Positions 1 through 11,300 of a DNA stretch of 64,000 nt are shown piece by piece. Under the pieces are notes generated by a model, which was given only the letters and a program-made list of their open reading frames with translations, did not search any database and had not been told where the DNA came from. The stretch covers positions 64,001 through 128,000 of IMG/VR virus record IMGVR_UViG_3300042894_003945, one strand, 5' to 3'. The position numbers were made by a program, and so were the translations under genes. The DNA is from a virus. Each line of letters starts with the position of its first letter. The stretch's first letter is position 1.

Positions 1-786
1 ATCATTTTTTTCCTTGAATCCATGATATAACAGAACACTATCTGAATCGTGTATATATTCCCAGTCTGTTCCGAAAGCGTCATAACTATTTCCTCCGTAT
101 TTACCTTTTGCTTTAGACTCTTCTACTTTTTTTATAGTATCTATTCTGTGTGTGTTTACAAAACCAAATCCTAAATTTTTAGTTGCACCCCTTTTCCACA
201 AACAAATATTAAAAGGTGTCTCATCTGCGTAAGGAAAGTATATGCGTTGTCTGTCTAACAAGTATTTGTTTTTACAAAAAGCAACATACTCTTCAAAAAA
301 ATCTCTGCAGTTTTCATTAAAAGTATAAAAACAAGACCAAACATATCTTTGAGATCTTTCAGGAACATTGCAATATTTCATCAATGCAGTTTCATCAAAT
401 ATAGTTTTTACCCCATCTGTTTCTTCCCACATAAATGGATAATCAAAAGGCCCATAACTAGCAAGAGGATGTGATTCACTATGTTTTATTTTACTAAAAT
501 CAAAGTTAGAAGAGAATAAAACATCGGTATCAGTAAAAACATAGTCTTCTCCTGGAAATATGTTCATGGTAAACAAAGACAGCTCTGCTTTGTAATAGTG
601 AAATCTAGGGTACAATCCATTATACGGTATTTGTATTGTCTGTAAATTCTTAAAAGAAAACTTAGTTTTAAAACCTATAGTATAATAAACAATTTTTACA
701 TCAGGAGTTATTTTATTAGTTAACGATCTTATACAAGATATTGCCTGATATTCACAATTTTTATCGCTATATAGTATTAAAATCAT
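1..786 (-). CDS. Putative GT-A fold glycosyltransferase (3' end runs off window)
   Basis: Not in the ORF track. Manual translation from the ATG at 786 (MILILYSDKNCEYQA...) stays open to position 1. It contains YVFTDTDVLF (DxD motif), YADETPFN and a late FYHG, and lies next to another GT gene. Confidence 0.6.
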   Translation of the reverse strand, partial: MILILYSDKNCEYQAISCIRSLTNKITPDVKIVYYTIGFKTKFSFKNLQTIQIPYNGLYPRFHYYKAELSLFTMNIFPGEDYVFTDTDVLFSSNFDFSKIKHSESHPLASYGPFDYPFMWEETDGVKTIFDETALMKYCNVPERSQRYVWSCFYTFNENCRDFFEEYVAFCKNKYLLDRQRIYFPYADETPFNICLWKRGATKNLGFGFVNTHRIDTIKKVEESKAKGKYGGNSYDAFGTDWEYIHDSDSVLLYHGFKEKND

Positions 787-787
787 A

Positions 788-3349
788 TTACAAAGGTTTA
801 AAAGTATACCACTGTCTCCAATAAGGCTCCTCTGTTGTTTCGTATAGTTTTAGATTTTTTTCTTCTGTAAACTCATTTACAGCTTTTCTAACTCCAAACT
901 TACCTGCATATTCTTTCTTATCTCCTACTGTTAACCAGATGTCTCCATCATGTGGTATGTAGTCGTCTCCACAAAACAATCCTCCTTTTTTAATCTTAGG
1001 CCACCAAGCGTTCAAATCTTTAACCACGCCTTCATAAGAGTGATCAGCGTCTATGTATATAAAATCAAAGTACTCATCAGGGAACATATCTGAGGATTTA
1101 ACGCTATCCATTCTTATTATATGCGCTCTATCCTGCCAAGGTTTTATATTTTTACAAGTCTCAATTAAACAATCATAATGATATTTATCTTCCTGACCAT
1201 TCATGTCTATATAATCTTCTAAATGCCTCCAGGCATCTATTAAATAAAGAGTACCCTTAGGCCATCTCTCTAATATAAGTTTAGAATAGTCTCCCCTTAA
1301 TACCCCAATTTCTACTCCTCTTCCGTCTGGAAACATTTTATTTACTAGAGAAGCTAAGTCCCTTTTGTTAGGTGCTAGATTGGTGTCTAGTAAACGTTCT
1401 ATTTTCTCATTAGTTATCATATTTTCCAGAGGCGTTTTGCTTGCAAATATAAACCCTCCTATAGAGTGCATATCTCTCACTTCTAAGCTATATCCCGCGC
1501 TTGTTAATTTGTTTTTTAGGTCCTCTACATCTTTATAAGATCTACCCGCAATAAGATGATACTCAACTAATATGCTGTCAATAATGTTAAAATCATCTGC
1601 GTCTAATGATTCAAACAATGGGTACTCTCCAGTTTCTATATCTACTTTTAGTAAATCTACTTTTTCTATTTTGTTTTCTTTAATAAAAGATTTGAAACTA
1701 GTAGATTTTACTTTATAAGAAGATCTAAGAGATCCATACTGTGCAGCTGATGATATAGTGGAATTTTCTTGGTCTACAAAAAACTCCATTTCTCCATCTT
1801 TATCAGACATAGCTTTGTCTACAATACAAATTCTATCATCATTTTTATAAGAGTTATTTAGTATTTCAAGTGCTTTTTCATTGGGTTCTACAGCATATAT
1901 CTTTTTAAATTCGACTGTGTTTTTGATATACTCTATCCACAATCCTATATTTGCTCCAACGTCCACAATAACGTTGTAATCTTTCCACAGTAGGTATTTA
2001 TCATATATCTTATCTACAAAAAACTCTACATAGTTTATATAAGTAGGCTCAGTAAAGTTTTTTATTTCTAAGACAGGTTTTTTTATAAAAACATGCTTTA
2101 TCCTTATTTCTTTATGGAATATAGACTCATTGTTTTTATAAAATTCTACCCTTAACCCTCCAAAGGTTGGATCTTTTTCAAAGTCTATGTAAGACTTTGG
2201 AGTGGGAAGGATCCAGTATTCTATGTTAGGATAAAAATCTTTATACTCAGTTGACCACAAAACAGCATGAGAATCTATATCTTTTATAGAAACATGCACA
2301 TCTTTATGAAAATCTTTTGAACTGAAGTAAACTTTATTATCTGAACTCGTATACCACACTTCGAAAACAGCGTTTTCATTCATATTTAAAGTTTTTAAAA
2401 TAGTATTGCAGTTTTTTTCTTTATCTACGGTATCTAAGTATGATATATTATTGAACTTATCAAAATAGTTTAAATAAACGTCTAAGTTATATATTAAAGA
2501 AGGAGCGTTCCAGCTAATAGCCTCTCTTATGACAAGAGGCATAGTCTCTTTGTCTGTTGCGTGTCCTCTAGAAGTAAACAAAAACAAGTCGGCTATTTGA
2601 TAAAAATTATCAACATCTCTCCTCTCTCCCCACCATTTACAATTTGAAGGGAAATCTTTCATTAAAGGCTCCCAATAATGTTTAAAATTGTCAGCTTGAT
2701 TACCAATAAAATGAAATTGGATTGGGTAATCTTTCAAGAATCTAGCATATTCTATAACTTCAGCTTGATTCTTTCTAGGAGTGAATAAACCTACGGTTAT
2801 TACATGTTTTTTATTAGGATCAAGACCACGTTCTTTTAGTAAGTCTTCTCTAGATTTTGTTTTTTCTTTATATTCTATAGGATACTCAACAAGTTCGCAG
2901 GGTATGTTTAATTTTTTATATTCATTTATCTGATATTGGCTTACCATCATAAACTTATCAGGAAAATGTACTTTATTAGAAACATTGTAGCTAGAATCGT
3001 GCGATGTTTCTACAATTACGTACTCTCTATTACTATTATATAGCTTAGATGCTACTTCATGAGGCATAAACATCTCAGGTATTTCCTGTAGATGTACTAC
3101 GTCAGGCTTAAACTCCTCAATTATTTTAAAAAGATGATGCCTGTCTTCATCAAGAGTGATAAGATTTTTACCTAGTAGTTCAAAAATTCTATTTCTTTGT
3201 ACAACAAGCTTACCTCCAGTTACATTATCCCATTCTATACACCAAATTTCAAAGTCATTTTTAAGAACTTCTATCTGTTTGTACAAATATTGAGGCATCC
3301 CCCCAGTAGATAAATGGGGGGCTATAAATAATAACTTCTTTTTACCCAT
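788..3349 (-). CDS. Multidomain GT4-like glycosyltransferase + FkbM-family methyltransferase + class I (Methyltransf_24-like) methyltransferase
   Basis: N-terminal PHLSTGGMPQ, VGLFTPRKNQ and ETMPLVIREA (GT-B). Middle VDVGANIG...AVEPN...LLKVDIETGE (FkbM). C-terminal GVEIGVLRG...FIYIDADHSYE...GDDY. ATG at 3349. Confidence 0.85.
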   Translation of the reverse strand: MGKKKLLFIAPHLSTGGMPQYLYKQIEVLKNDFEIWCIEWDNVTGGKLVVQRNRIFELLGKNLITLDEDRHHLFKIIEEFKPDVVHLQEIPEMFMPHEVASKLYNSNREYVIVETSHDSSYNVSNKVHFPDKFMMVSQYQINEYKKLNIPCELVEYPIEYKEKTKSREDLLKERGLDPNKKHVITVGLFTPRKNQAEVIEYARFLKDYPIQFHFIGNQADNFKHYWEPLMKDFPSNCKWWGERRDVDNFYQIADLFLFTSRGHATDKETMPLVIREAISWNAPSLIYNLDVYLNYFDKFNNISYLDTVDKEKNCNTILKTLNMNENAVFEVWYTSSDNKVYFSSKDFHKDVHVSIKDIDSHAVLWSTEYKDFYPNIEYWILPTPKSYIDFEKDPTFGGLRVEFYKNNESIFHKEIRIKHVFIKKPVLEIKNFTEPTYINYVEFFVDKIYDKYLLWKDYNVIVDVGANIGLWIEYIKNTVEFKKIYAVEPNEKALEILNNSYKNDDRICIVDKAMSDKDGEMEFFVDQENSTISSAAQYGSLRSSYKVKSTSFKSFIKENKIEKVDLLKVDIETGEYPLFESLDADDFNIIDSILVEYHLIAGRSYKDVEDLKNKLTSAGYSLEVRDMHSIGGFIFASKTPLENMITNEKIERLLDTNLAPNKRDLASLVNKMFPDGRGVEIGVLRGDYSKLILERWPKGTLYLIDAWRHLEDYIDMNGQEDKYHYDCLIETCKNIKPWQDRAHIIRMDSVKSSDMFPDEYFDFIYIDADHSYEGVVKDLNAWWPKIKKGGLFCGDDYIPHDGDIWLTVGDKKEYAGKFGVRKAVNEFTEEKNLKLYETTEEPYWRQWYTFKPL

Positions 3350-3367
3350 CAAAACTTAATTTACAGA

Positions 3368-3399
3368 CAAATATAAGAAACTATTCTGCTTCTACCAAA
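3368..3399 (-). promoter_or_regulatory. Bacteroidota-type sigma70 promoter (-33 TTTG, -7 TATATTTG)
   Basis: Minus strand reads TTTG-N20-TATATTTG, matching the TTTG-N19-21-TAnnTTTG consensus, about 18 nt upstream of the GT/methyltransferase ATG. Confidence 0.65.
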
Positions 3400-3563
3400 G
3401 AAGATTTATATTTTCTTCCTGTAGGGTCTGCGGCTTGTAGTTCAGCTGCTTTGTCGTCTGCTTCCTGTTTTGTAGAATAAATATATTCGGGGTCTTCTGG
3501 GTTTAATTTTGATACCCAAATCTGATCTACATTAGGAATAAATTGCATGATTACTTTATACAT
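3381..3563 (-). CDS. Small hypothetical protein
   Basis: 60-aa ORF filling the gap between co-oriented genes, with an A-rich leader. Confidence 0.6.
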   Translation of the reverse strand: MYKVIMQFIPNVDQIWVSKLNPEDPEYIYSTKQEADDKAAELQAADPTGRKYKSSLVEAE

Positions 3564-3584
3564 ATGATTTATTTTTTATTAACT

Positions 3585-4394
3585 TTAAGTATTAATATAT
3601 ACGCAATAGTCAAGGGAGGTCTCAAATATTTCATTATACTTACTGTAATCATTTTCTCCAAGAGCCACTAAATATACGTCAGTATTTCCCGTTACAACAA
3701 ATGAAAATCCCCCTCCACTATCAAGAATAGTTCCACAATACCTACCCACATTATCAGCATAACTACATACCGCAGAGGTAATATTTGCAGTAAATAATAT
3801 AGGAACATTATAACTATAGGATAACATTCCTATATATAGCGATCTTCCTCCATTAACATTGCTAATAGTACCTAAATAATTACAGTTTTTACTAGATATA
3901 TTACCTCCTATTAAATTATTAGCTGCTGTATATGGAGGTCCTAACCAATAGTAAGCTCTTGCAGCACTTTCTACTACGGGGCCACCAGGTCCTGCTGCAT
4001 TTACGGTTTGCGTAATATTTCCGGTAAAAGAAGCGAATACATTTACAGTATAAGTAGGACCTGGTGTAGGGGTTGGGGGAGTTGTTGGTGTCGGTGTAAC
4101 TGTTGGTATGTTAGTTGGTGTAGGGGTTGGGGTGTTAGGAGAAGAACAAGTCCCTAGATTTGTTATTATTATATTAGTTTGTTCAGTTACGCTACAAGCG
4201 CATATTTCTACTAAATTTCCTCCACTAACAGGTATAGTTCTAGAAATACCTCTACAGTCTGAGTAGCTAACAGTTCTAGGACTGCCTCCTACATTTTCTA
4301 TTGAGTATGAATCACAAGGGCATGGGGTTGGGGTAGGTGTTGGTGTAGGTGTTGGGCCAACAGGACAGTTAACAGTAAAAGTAAAAACAGACAT
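3585..4394 (-). CDS. Thr-Pro-rich (mucin-like) protein with Cys-rich module, probable virion decoration
   Basis: PTPTPTP tracts flank a CDSY...YSDC...EICAC...LGTC module that resembles the repeats in 47527..50463. Confidence 0.65.
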   Translation of the reverse strand: MSVFTFTVNCPVGPTPTPTPTPTPCPCDSYSIENVGGSPRTVSYSDCRGISRTIPVSGGNLVEICACSVTEQTNIIITNLGTCSSPNTPTPTPTNIPTVTPTPTTPPTPTPGPTYTVNVFASFTGNITQTVNAAGPGGPVVESAARAYYWLGPPYTAANNLIGGNISSKNCNYLGTISNVNGGRSLYIGMLSYSYNVPILFTANITSAVCSYADNVGRYCGTILDSGGGFSFVVTGNTDVYLVALGENDYSKYNEIFETSLDYCVYINT

Positions 4395-4404
4395 ATTATA
4401 TTTT

Positions 4405-4998
4405 TTATAAAATATTTTCTAATCCATTATATGTAACTATGTGTAACACATCCGAAGTTCCCACTAAAGTATAGCTGTGTGTGTTGGTAGTATTTGATGT
4501 GTATCCAGAAAACAAAAACCCACTTAGCAGCTCCCCAAAAGTATTAAAAGGGTATATATTGTATATTCTATAATACCCATACCCAAAAGGTCCAAAAGGC
4601 TCAGACCCGCTTCTAGTAGGGCATACTACAGTTATAACAACAACATCACCCACATTCCCACTTACGGAGATTCTGTTATAAGATCTTCTATCATCTGATA
4701 AAGATGATAATGCATCTCCAAAACTAGTTCCTGAACAAGATCCATTTTGGGTGTGATTGTAGCTATAAAACTCAGATAAAGAATACTGAGCTGTTCTGTC
4801 TGGTTTAGTAGTTGAGTTTTGGTTTATGCCTGCATATCCGGAGAGCAAGTTAGATTTACTATCAAAATTTCCTTTAGAAAGTCTCGACAAACTATAGTTA
4901 AACGCCTTCCCTGACTGCGTAGTTTCAAATGATATTTGAGTGCTAGCGGCGTAGGCACTAGAGCTTATTGATATTTGACCACTACTAGGCAGTGCCAT
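4405..4998 (-). CDS. Tail-fibre-associated hypothetical protein
   Basis: Probable start MALPSSGQISIS at ATG 4998, an N-terminus typical of phage fibre-adjacent proteins. Also has a YSLSEFYSY motif and lies downstream of the fibre gene. Confidence 0.55.
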   Translation of the reverse strand: MALPSSGQISISSSAYAASTQISFETTQSGKAFNYSLSRLSKGNFDSKSNLLSGYAGINQNSTTKPDRTAQYSLSEFYSYNHTQNGSCSGTSFGDALSSLSDDRRSYNRISVSGNVGDVVVITVVCPTRSGSEPFGPFGYGYYRIYNIYPFNTFGELLSGFLFSGYTSNTTNTHSYTLVGTSDVLHIVTYNGLENIL

Positions 4999-5012
4999 AA
5001 CTTTATAATTTA

Positions 5013-5369
5013 TTAAAGATTTAAATAGGACCCAGAAATTAACCAAGGAGCTTGTTCAACTAAAATAGGAGGATTAATTTGATTGTCTATTTGTTGAGCT
5101 ACGTTAGCTTCATGCTGCGCCATTTGGCTTAGACCCATAGAAGCAGTCATCCAGTTATAAACTATGTCGTAAGTTAATTCATTAAATGGAGTAAATGCTG
5201 AACCTGATTCATAACTTACAGGTTGAACTCCTATAACTGAAGATTGGTAAGATCCAGTAGTTCCATAAAGTTGCCAGTGCACTAAGAAGACTACATTATC
5301 TTCTCCTGATGCTGTTGGATATGCTTCTAAAGGGTTAAAATTCCAGCGGTAATTAATTTCTAGTGGCAT
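5013..5369 (-). CDS. Conserved phage protein downstream of tail fibre (possible fibre assembly factor)
   Basis: YRW...NVVFLVHW...FTPFNELT...NW...PW pattern; translationally coupled to the fibre gene. Confidence 0.55.
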   Translation of the reverse strand: MPLEINYRWNFNPLEAYPTASGEDNVVFLVHWQLYGTTGSYQSSVIGVQPVSYESGSAFTPFNELTYDIVYNWMTASMGLSQMAQHEANVAQQIDNQINPPILVEQAPWLISGSYLNL

Positions 5370-8300
5370 TATTTTTTGTTTTTTATAAGTTCGTGTAATT
5401 CTTTTATAGCCTCTATCAAAACAGGTATTAATCTTTCGTATTTTACAGTTAAGTAATCTTCCCCTGATTTAGAACCTCCGTTATCATCCATATCAAATGG
5501 GGCTCTTTCAATAGCTTCCGGAAACTCTTTTTGTATTTCTTGTGCTATCAATCCTAATTTTTGCTTTGCATCGGTAGCCGCTTTTAATTGCAAAGCTAAT
5601 TCATTTGGTTCATAGTAATAGCCCCCTAGCCTGCTTATTTTTTCTAAAGCACTTTCTATAGGTCTTACATTAGTTTTTAATCTTTTATCAGAGTAATATG
5701 CTATCACATCTCCACCAAAATACCCAGTTCCCAAACTTTGAATATCTCCAGTATTGTATATTTTACCAGTTACATGAAGAGGGTATGAAGGGTTAGTTGT
5801 CTTTATACCTACATTACCGTTATTGTATATAGTTATTGGGTCGTTATTATAACTTGGTATAGGTCTACATTTAAAACCAGTCATGTACAGAACATCTGTA
5901 CCTGTTGTGTAGTTAGCAATGAAACCAACACTTATGTACCTACCTGACGGGCTATGGTCTTTTGATCCTCCGTATGGACCAACTACAAATTTATATTTAT
6001 ACCAAGTTCCTACTGTTAAAGTTGATTGATCAACAGAAAAAGGATAATGCCAATCTGTACCGTCACCAGAAATAACATTTCCACTACTATCGTAATTAGA
6101 AACTACCATATATGTAGTTGCTGCACTCACTGCTGTTTGTCTTTTAAGCCAAAATTCTACTTCATAGTTTTGAGTTTTATCAAGACGTATTTTAGGTCCT
6201 CTAGTCCAAACGTAAGAAGATACCGATATTACTTCCGTGCCTACGGGAGATGTAGTATCTGTAGTATATGTTATGCTAGACTCGCTTCCTTGAGTGAAAA
6301 TACTCCACCCTCTTAAGAAAGTGCCTCCATAATATCTTGAATCAATATCTTGAGCCTCGTCATGCATTCCTATAGCACCTGCTACATCTAATGCATAAGA
6401 TGGACTTAGGGTATTTATACCTGCTCTATTATTGGTTCCATCTAATGCTAAAACTATATCACTATTACTACCTCCGGCAGCAAAAAAATATAGATTATTT
6501 CCGTTAGCTTGAATATAGCTAGTTGTTGAGGTATTTGATAATGCTAAATCTGTATAAGATAAAGAAGATTGTGCTCTAATAACAGAACCGGCTCCAGTTA
6601 TATCTAATTTAAAAGTAGGAGAAGTATTTCCAATACCTACAAGATCTCCAGAAACAGTTACAGTTTCTGAATTATTAGAATATAAATGGAGTTTACTTCC
6701 TACTCCACTTTGATATCCTATGTACATGTCTTTATCAATACCGCTTAAAGAATTTCTAAGCACTCTAAAATTTGCATATTGATCTGCTGTTGCTAAGTCT
6801 ATTCCTTCTTCTCCTGCTGTGCCACCAATTACTAATTTAGCAGTTGTAGGATTAACGTTTCTTATACCAACATTTGCTGCTACAGGATTTAAAGATATGT
6901 TTCTATACGCAGCACTATCTCCTGCCTGTAAAGAAGCATATTGAGATCCACTAATAAATGTCATATATAAATAACCATTATTAGCATTGTTAGCTTGAAT
7001 ACGAATACCGGTGGCAAAAGATTCTCCATCTGTTCTGACATTTAATACAACACCAGTAGTTCCAGCTACATCTAATTTACCAAGTGTAGAAGTTGTACCT
7101 ATGCCTACATTTCCTAAGATGTAGTAAGCATCTGCGCCGTTTCTTGCAAAGTTGTGAGCATTGGTATTTGATATAGTAGCTGTTACGTTGGCAAAGGCGC
7201 TTGCTTCAAATCCTACTGCCCAAGTACCATTTGCCCAAGTTGTTGACAATCCAGAATATCCTATTCCTACTTCATCAATAAATACTTGTGGATAACTCCA
7301 TGTACTTGCTAGTTCTCCTATGTACACAACCATATTAGTTCCGTCATATCCAAAACGAACAGTATAGTTTCTATCTACTCCTGCGTCTCCTTCTATATAT
7401 GCAAAAGTATTAACCCAAGAAGGACTAGGAGCATAATTATATCCTCCAAAATGAACTGTAAATGAAGTATTTGAATTGTAATCATAAACTCTAGCTTTTA
7501 CAGTATGCATTGTATTAGTATATCCAACTGGATATGTAATTTTTATTGCGCCTGTAACTACACTAGTTGCAGTATTATAATATCCACCTCTAGGTTTAAC
7601 TATACGAAATGGAGCTGTAGAATCTACAATGGTATAGTCGGTAGCTACTGTTCCTGCAACATCAAGTTTGTATGTAGGAGTTGTATAACCAATACCAACA
7701 TTACCTGCGTTTGTAGCAAACATAACTGGTGTTGTACCAGAGTTGCTGTCAAGACGAAGAACATATTTATCGTTACCCGTATCAGTGGTACGAATTGCTA
7801 CTCCATATCCATCCGCATTCAAACTATTAAAAAATGCAATAGCGTTACCCCCAGCGTCTTTTTCTACGTGTAATGGATTGCCTGGACTTGTAGTACCTAT
7901 ACCAACATTTGTACCGTTATCAAATATTTGACTAATTCCTAAAGTAGTTGCATTAGTAAATTTAGACACATAATTAGTAGTACCACCACTTATAGTTCCA
8001 GCTCCAGATGTACCTGATGAGCCACTAGTACCAGAACTGCCAGAAGTTCCTGAAGATCCACTGCTTCCTGTTGATCCAGAAGAGCCAGAAGATCCTCTAG
8101 ATCCTGAAGATCCTGAAGATCCTGTACTACCTGAGCTACCGCTAGTACCTGTAGAGCCAGATGAGCCAGTAGATCCGCTTGTTCCTGTAGAACCTGATGA
8201 GCCTGATGAACCTGTACTTCCTGAACTACCTGAGGTACCCGTACTACCACTGCTACCAGACGTTCCAGTAGACCCTGAGCTGCCACTAGTGCCAGTAGAG

Positions 8301-11300
8301 CCGGAGGAGCCGCTAGTTCCTGTGGAGCCAGATGAGCCTGTACTACCAGAAGTACCAGTAGAACCACTAGTACCCGTAGAGCCACTAGACCCTGCTGATC
8401 CGCTACTTCCTGAAGTTCCTGTTGATCCTGATGTGCCAGTAGATCCTGAACTTCCTGTGCTTCCTGAAGAACCAGAGGTACCAGTAGAGCCGCTTGTACC
8501 AGTTGAACCGCTAGAACCTGCTGATCCGCTAGTGCCTGTACTACCAGATGTTCCTGTTGAACCAGACGTACCTGTACTGCCACTAGTACCAGTAGATCCT
8601 GATGTCCCAGTTGAGCCTGATGAACCAGAAGAGCCCGATGTACCTGAGGTACCTGATGTATTTGTAGTAGACGACCTGAAGAAGAACTGCCCACTACCTG
8701 TGTCTACTACAACGTAGTTAAGAAGTGCGTTAGAAGTTAATCCTACGCTTAAAGATCCCGTTACAGACACGCTGCCACTGATATCAAGTAGACTGTTTAT
8801 TCCAGTTTCTTTGCCTATTCCTATTCTTGATTGGGACACATACAAAACCCTTTGTCCAAACTGCCCTATTCTAACTGTATTATCAGAAAACGCTTCTATT
8901 ATTGGAAGCCCTGCTGCTGTATTTACTGAAAATAGTGACCCAGAAAGAGAATCATCTATTTGGAAAAGTCTTCCAGAAATACCATCTACTGCAAATACAT
9001 TCGACCCAGTGCCTCTTATTGCTACAGACCCTGTAAATTGATGGATATCTGCTGCACTATCTCCAAAAATATTACTTCCACTACTATAAATTATAGAGGA
9101 AGATACGGTCTGAACTACTAAGGTATTCGCTGTAATATTTCCCGTTGCTATTAAGCCACCATTAAGACTTAATGTAGAACCATCAAATGTTAAATTTGCT
9201 TCTGCGTTAGCAGTATTTGTAGTTCCTAAAGAAGTTAATATCCTATTATCTACAGGATTAGTTATAGTATTGAACCCAGTTCCTGAAGTGCCAGAAGATC
9301 CACTTGTACCACTTGAACCAGACGTTCCTGTACTACCTGATGAACCAGAAGTTCCCGTAGATCCACTACTTCCACTTGTACCAGTGCTTCCAGAACTGCC
9401 AGATGTGCCTGTACTTCCGCTAGAACCACTAGTACCAGTAGAACCTGATGAACCGCTTGTACCTGTGCTACCACTAGACCCACTAGTACCAGTAGATCCT
9501 GATGAACCGCTTGTGCCAGTTGAACCGCTAGTACCTGTAGATCCACTAGAACCAGAAGATCCAGATGTTCCTGTGCTACCAGACGTACCAGTTGAACCAC
9601 TAGATCCTGTGCTGCCTGAAGAGCCTGATGACCCGCTAGTACCTGTAGATCCGCTTGTACCAGTACTACCACTAGACCCTGAAGAGCCTCTACTACCTGA
9701 GGAACCGCTTGATCCTGATGTTCCAGAAGAACCTGATGATCCGCTAGTCCCATTTGCTCCACTTGTACCACTAGACCCTGAAGTTCCTGATGAACCTGAT
9801 GAGCCAGATGTACCTGTGCTACCTGATGAGCCAGAAGAACCCGAACTACCACTAGTGCCAGTCGATCCGCTAGTACCACTACTACCGCTTGATCCTGATG
9901 TGCCTGATGATCCAGATGTACCTGAAGAACCTGTTGAACCAGACGTACCAGTACTACCGCTAGTACCAGTAGATCCAGATGATCCACTACTACCGCTTGT
10001 ACCAGTTGAACCAGATGTGCCTGTTGATCCGCTTGATCCACTCGATCCTGTACTACCTGAAGAACCTGATGATCCTCTACTACCAGAAGATCCTGAAGAA
10101 CCACTTGTACCTGAAGAGCCTGATGTGCCTGTGGAACCACTAGATCCAGATGAACCAGATGAACCGTTTGCTCCAGATGAACCAGAAGAACCACTTGTAC
10201 CAGTAGAACCTGATGAACCAGTAGAACCTGATGATCCCGTGCTGCCGGAACTACCTGATGATCCCGTGCTGCCGGAACTACCAGAAGATCCCGTTGAGCC
10301 AGAAGATCCAGATGTGCCAGTTGATCCAGATGAACCAGAAGTGCCTGTGGAACCACTAGATCCAGAAGTTCCAGTGCTTCCACTACTTCCAGAGCTTCCT
10401 GATGATCCAGAAGTACCAGAGGAACCGTCAGCTCCATTAGCCCTATAAAATACATTACCCGCCTGATCTACTACTAAAAACAGATTTGCGCTAGCACTTA
10501 TTGGTATATTTCTTAAGCTTAAAGAGCCTGTAATTCTAACGCTACCTGTAAACGTGTGGGTATCTAGAATGCTATCTCCAAATATGTTACTGCCACTGCT
10601 ATAAACTACTGATGAGCTTACAGTCTGGACAACTAAAGTTCTTGCAGTTATATCCCCAGTAGCTGTTAAATTACCAGTTAAATTTAATGTAGAGCCATCA
10701 AAAGTTAAATTTGCCTCTGCATTTGCAGTATTAGTTGTACCAAGAGAAGTTAATATTCTATTGTCTGCTGGATTCGTTATTGTATTAAATCCGGTTCCTG
10801 AAGTTCCTGATGAGCCCGAACTACCTGACGATCCACTAGTACCGGTGCTTCCGCTAGATCCACTAGTACCAGTAGAACCTGATGAGCCAGAGGATCCTGT
10901 AGAGCCTGAACTACCCGATGTTCCAGTACTTCCACTAGATCCACTAGTTCCAGTTGATCCTGATGATCCACTAGATCCAGAAGTTCCAGATGAACCAGAA
11001 GATCCAGAAGTTCCACCAGACCCACTACTTCCAGATGTGCCAGTACTACCAGATGTTCCTGTAGAACCTGATGAGCCAGATGTTCCTGAAGTGCCACTTG
11101 AACCTGAGGAACCTGAAGTTCCTGCGGATCCAGATGTACCTGAAGTTCCTGTACTTCCGCTAGACCCGCTTGTACCTGTTGATCCTGATGAGCCACTAGA
11201 ACCGGATGTACCAGCAGATCCGGAAGATCCTGTTGATCCAGATGACCCGCTTGTACCTGTTGAGCCGGAAGATCCTGCTGTACCAGTAGAACCACTAGAA

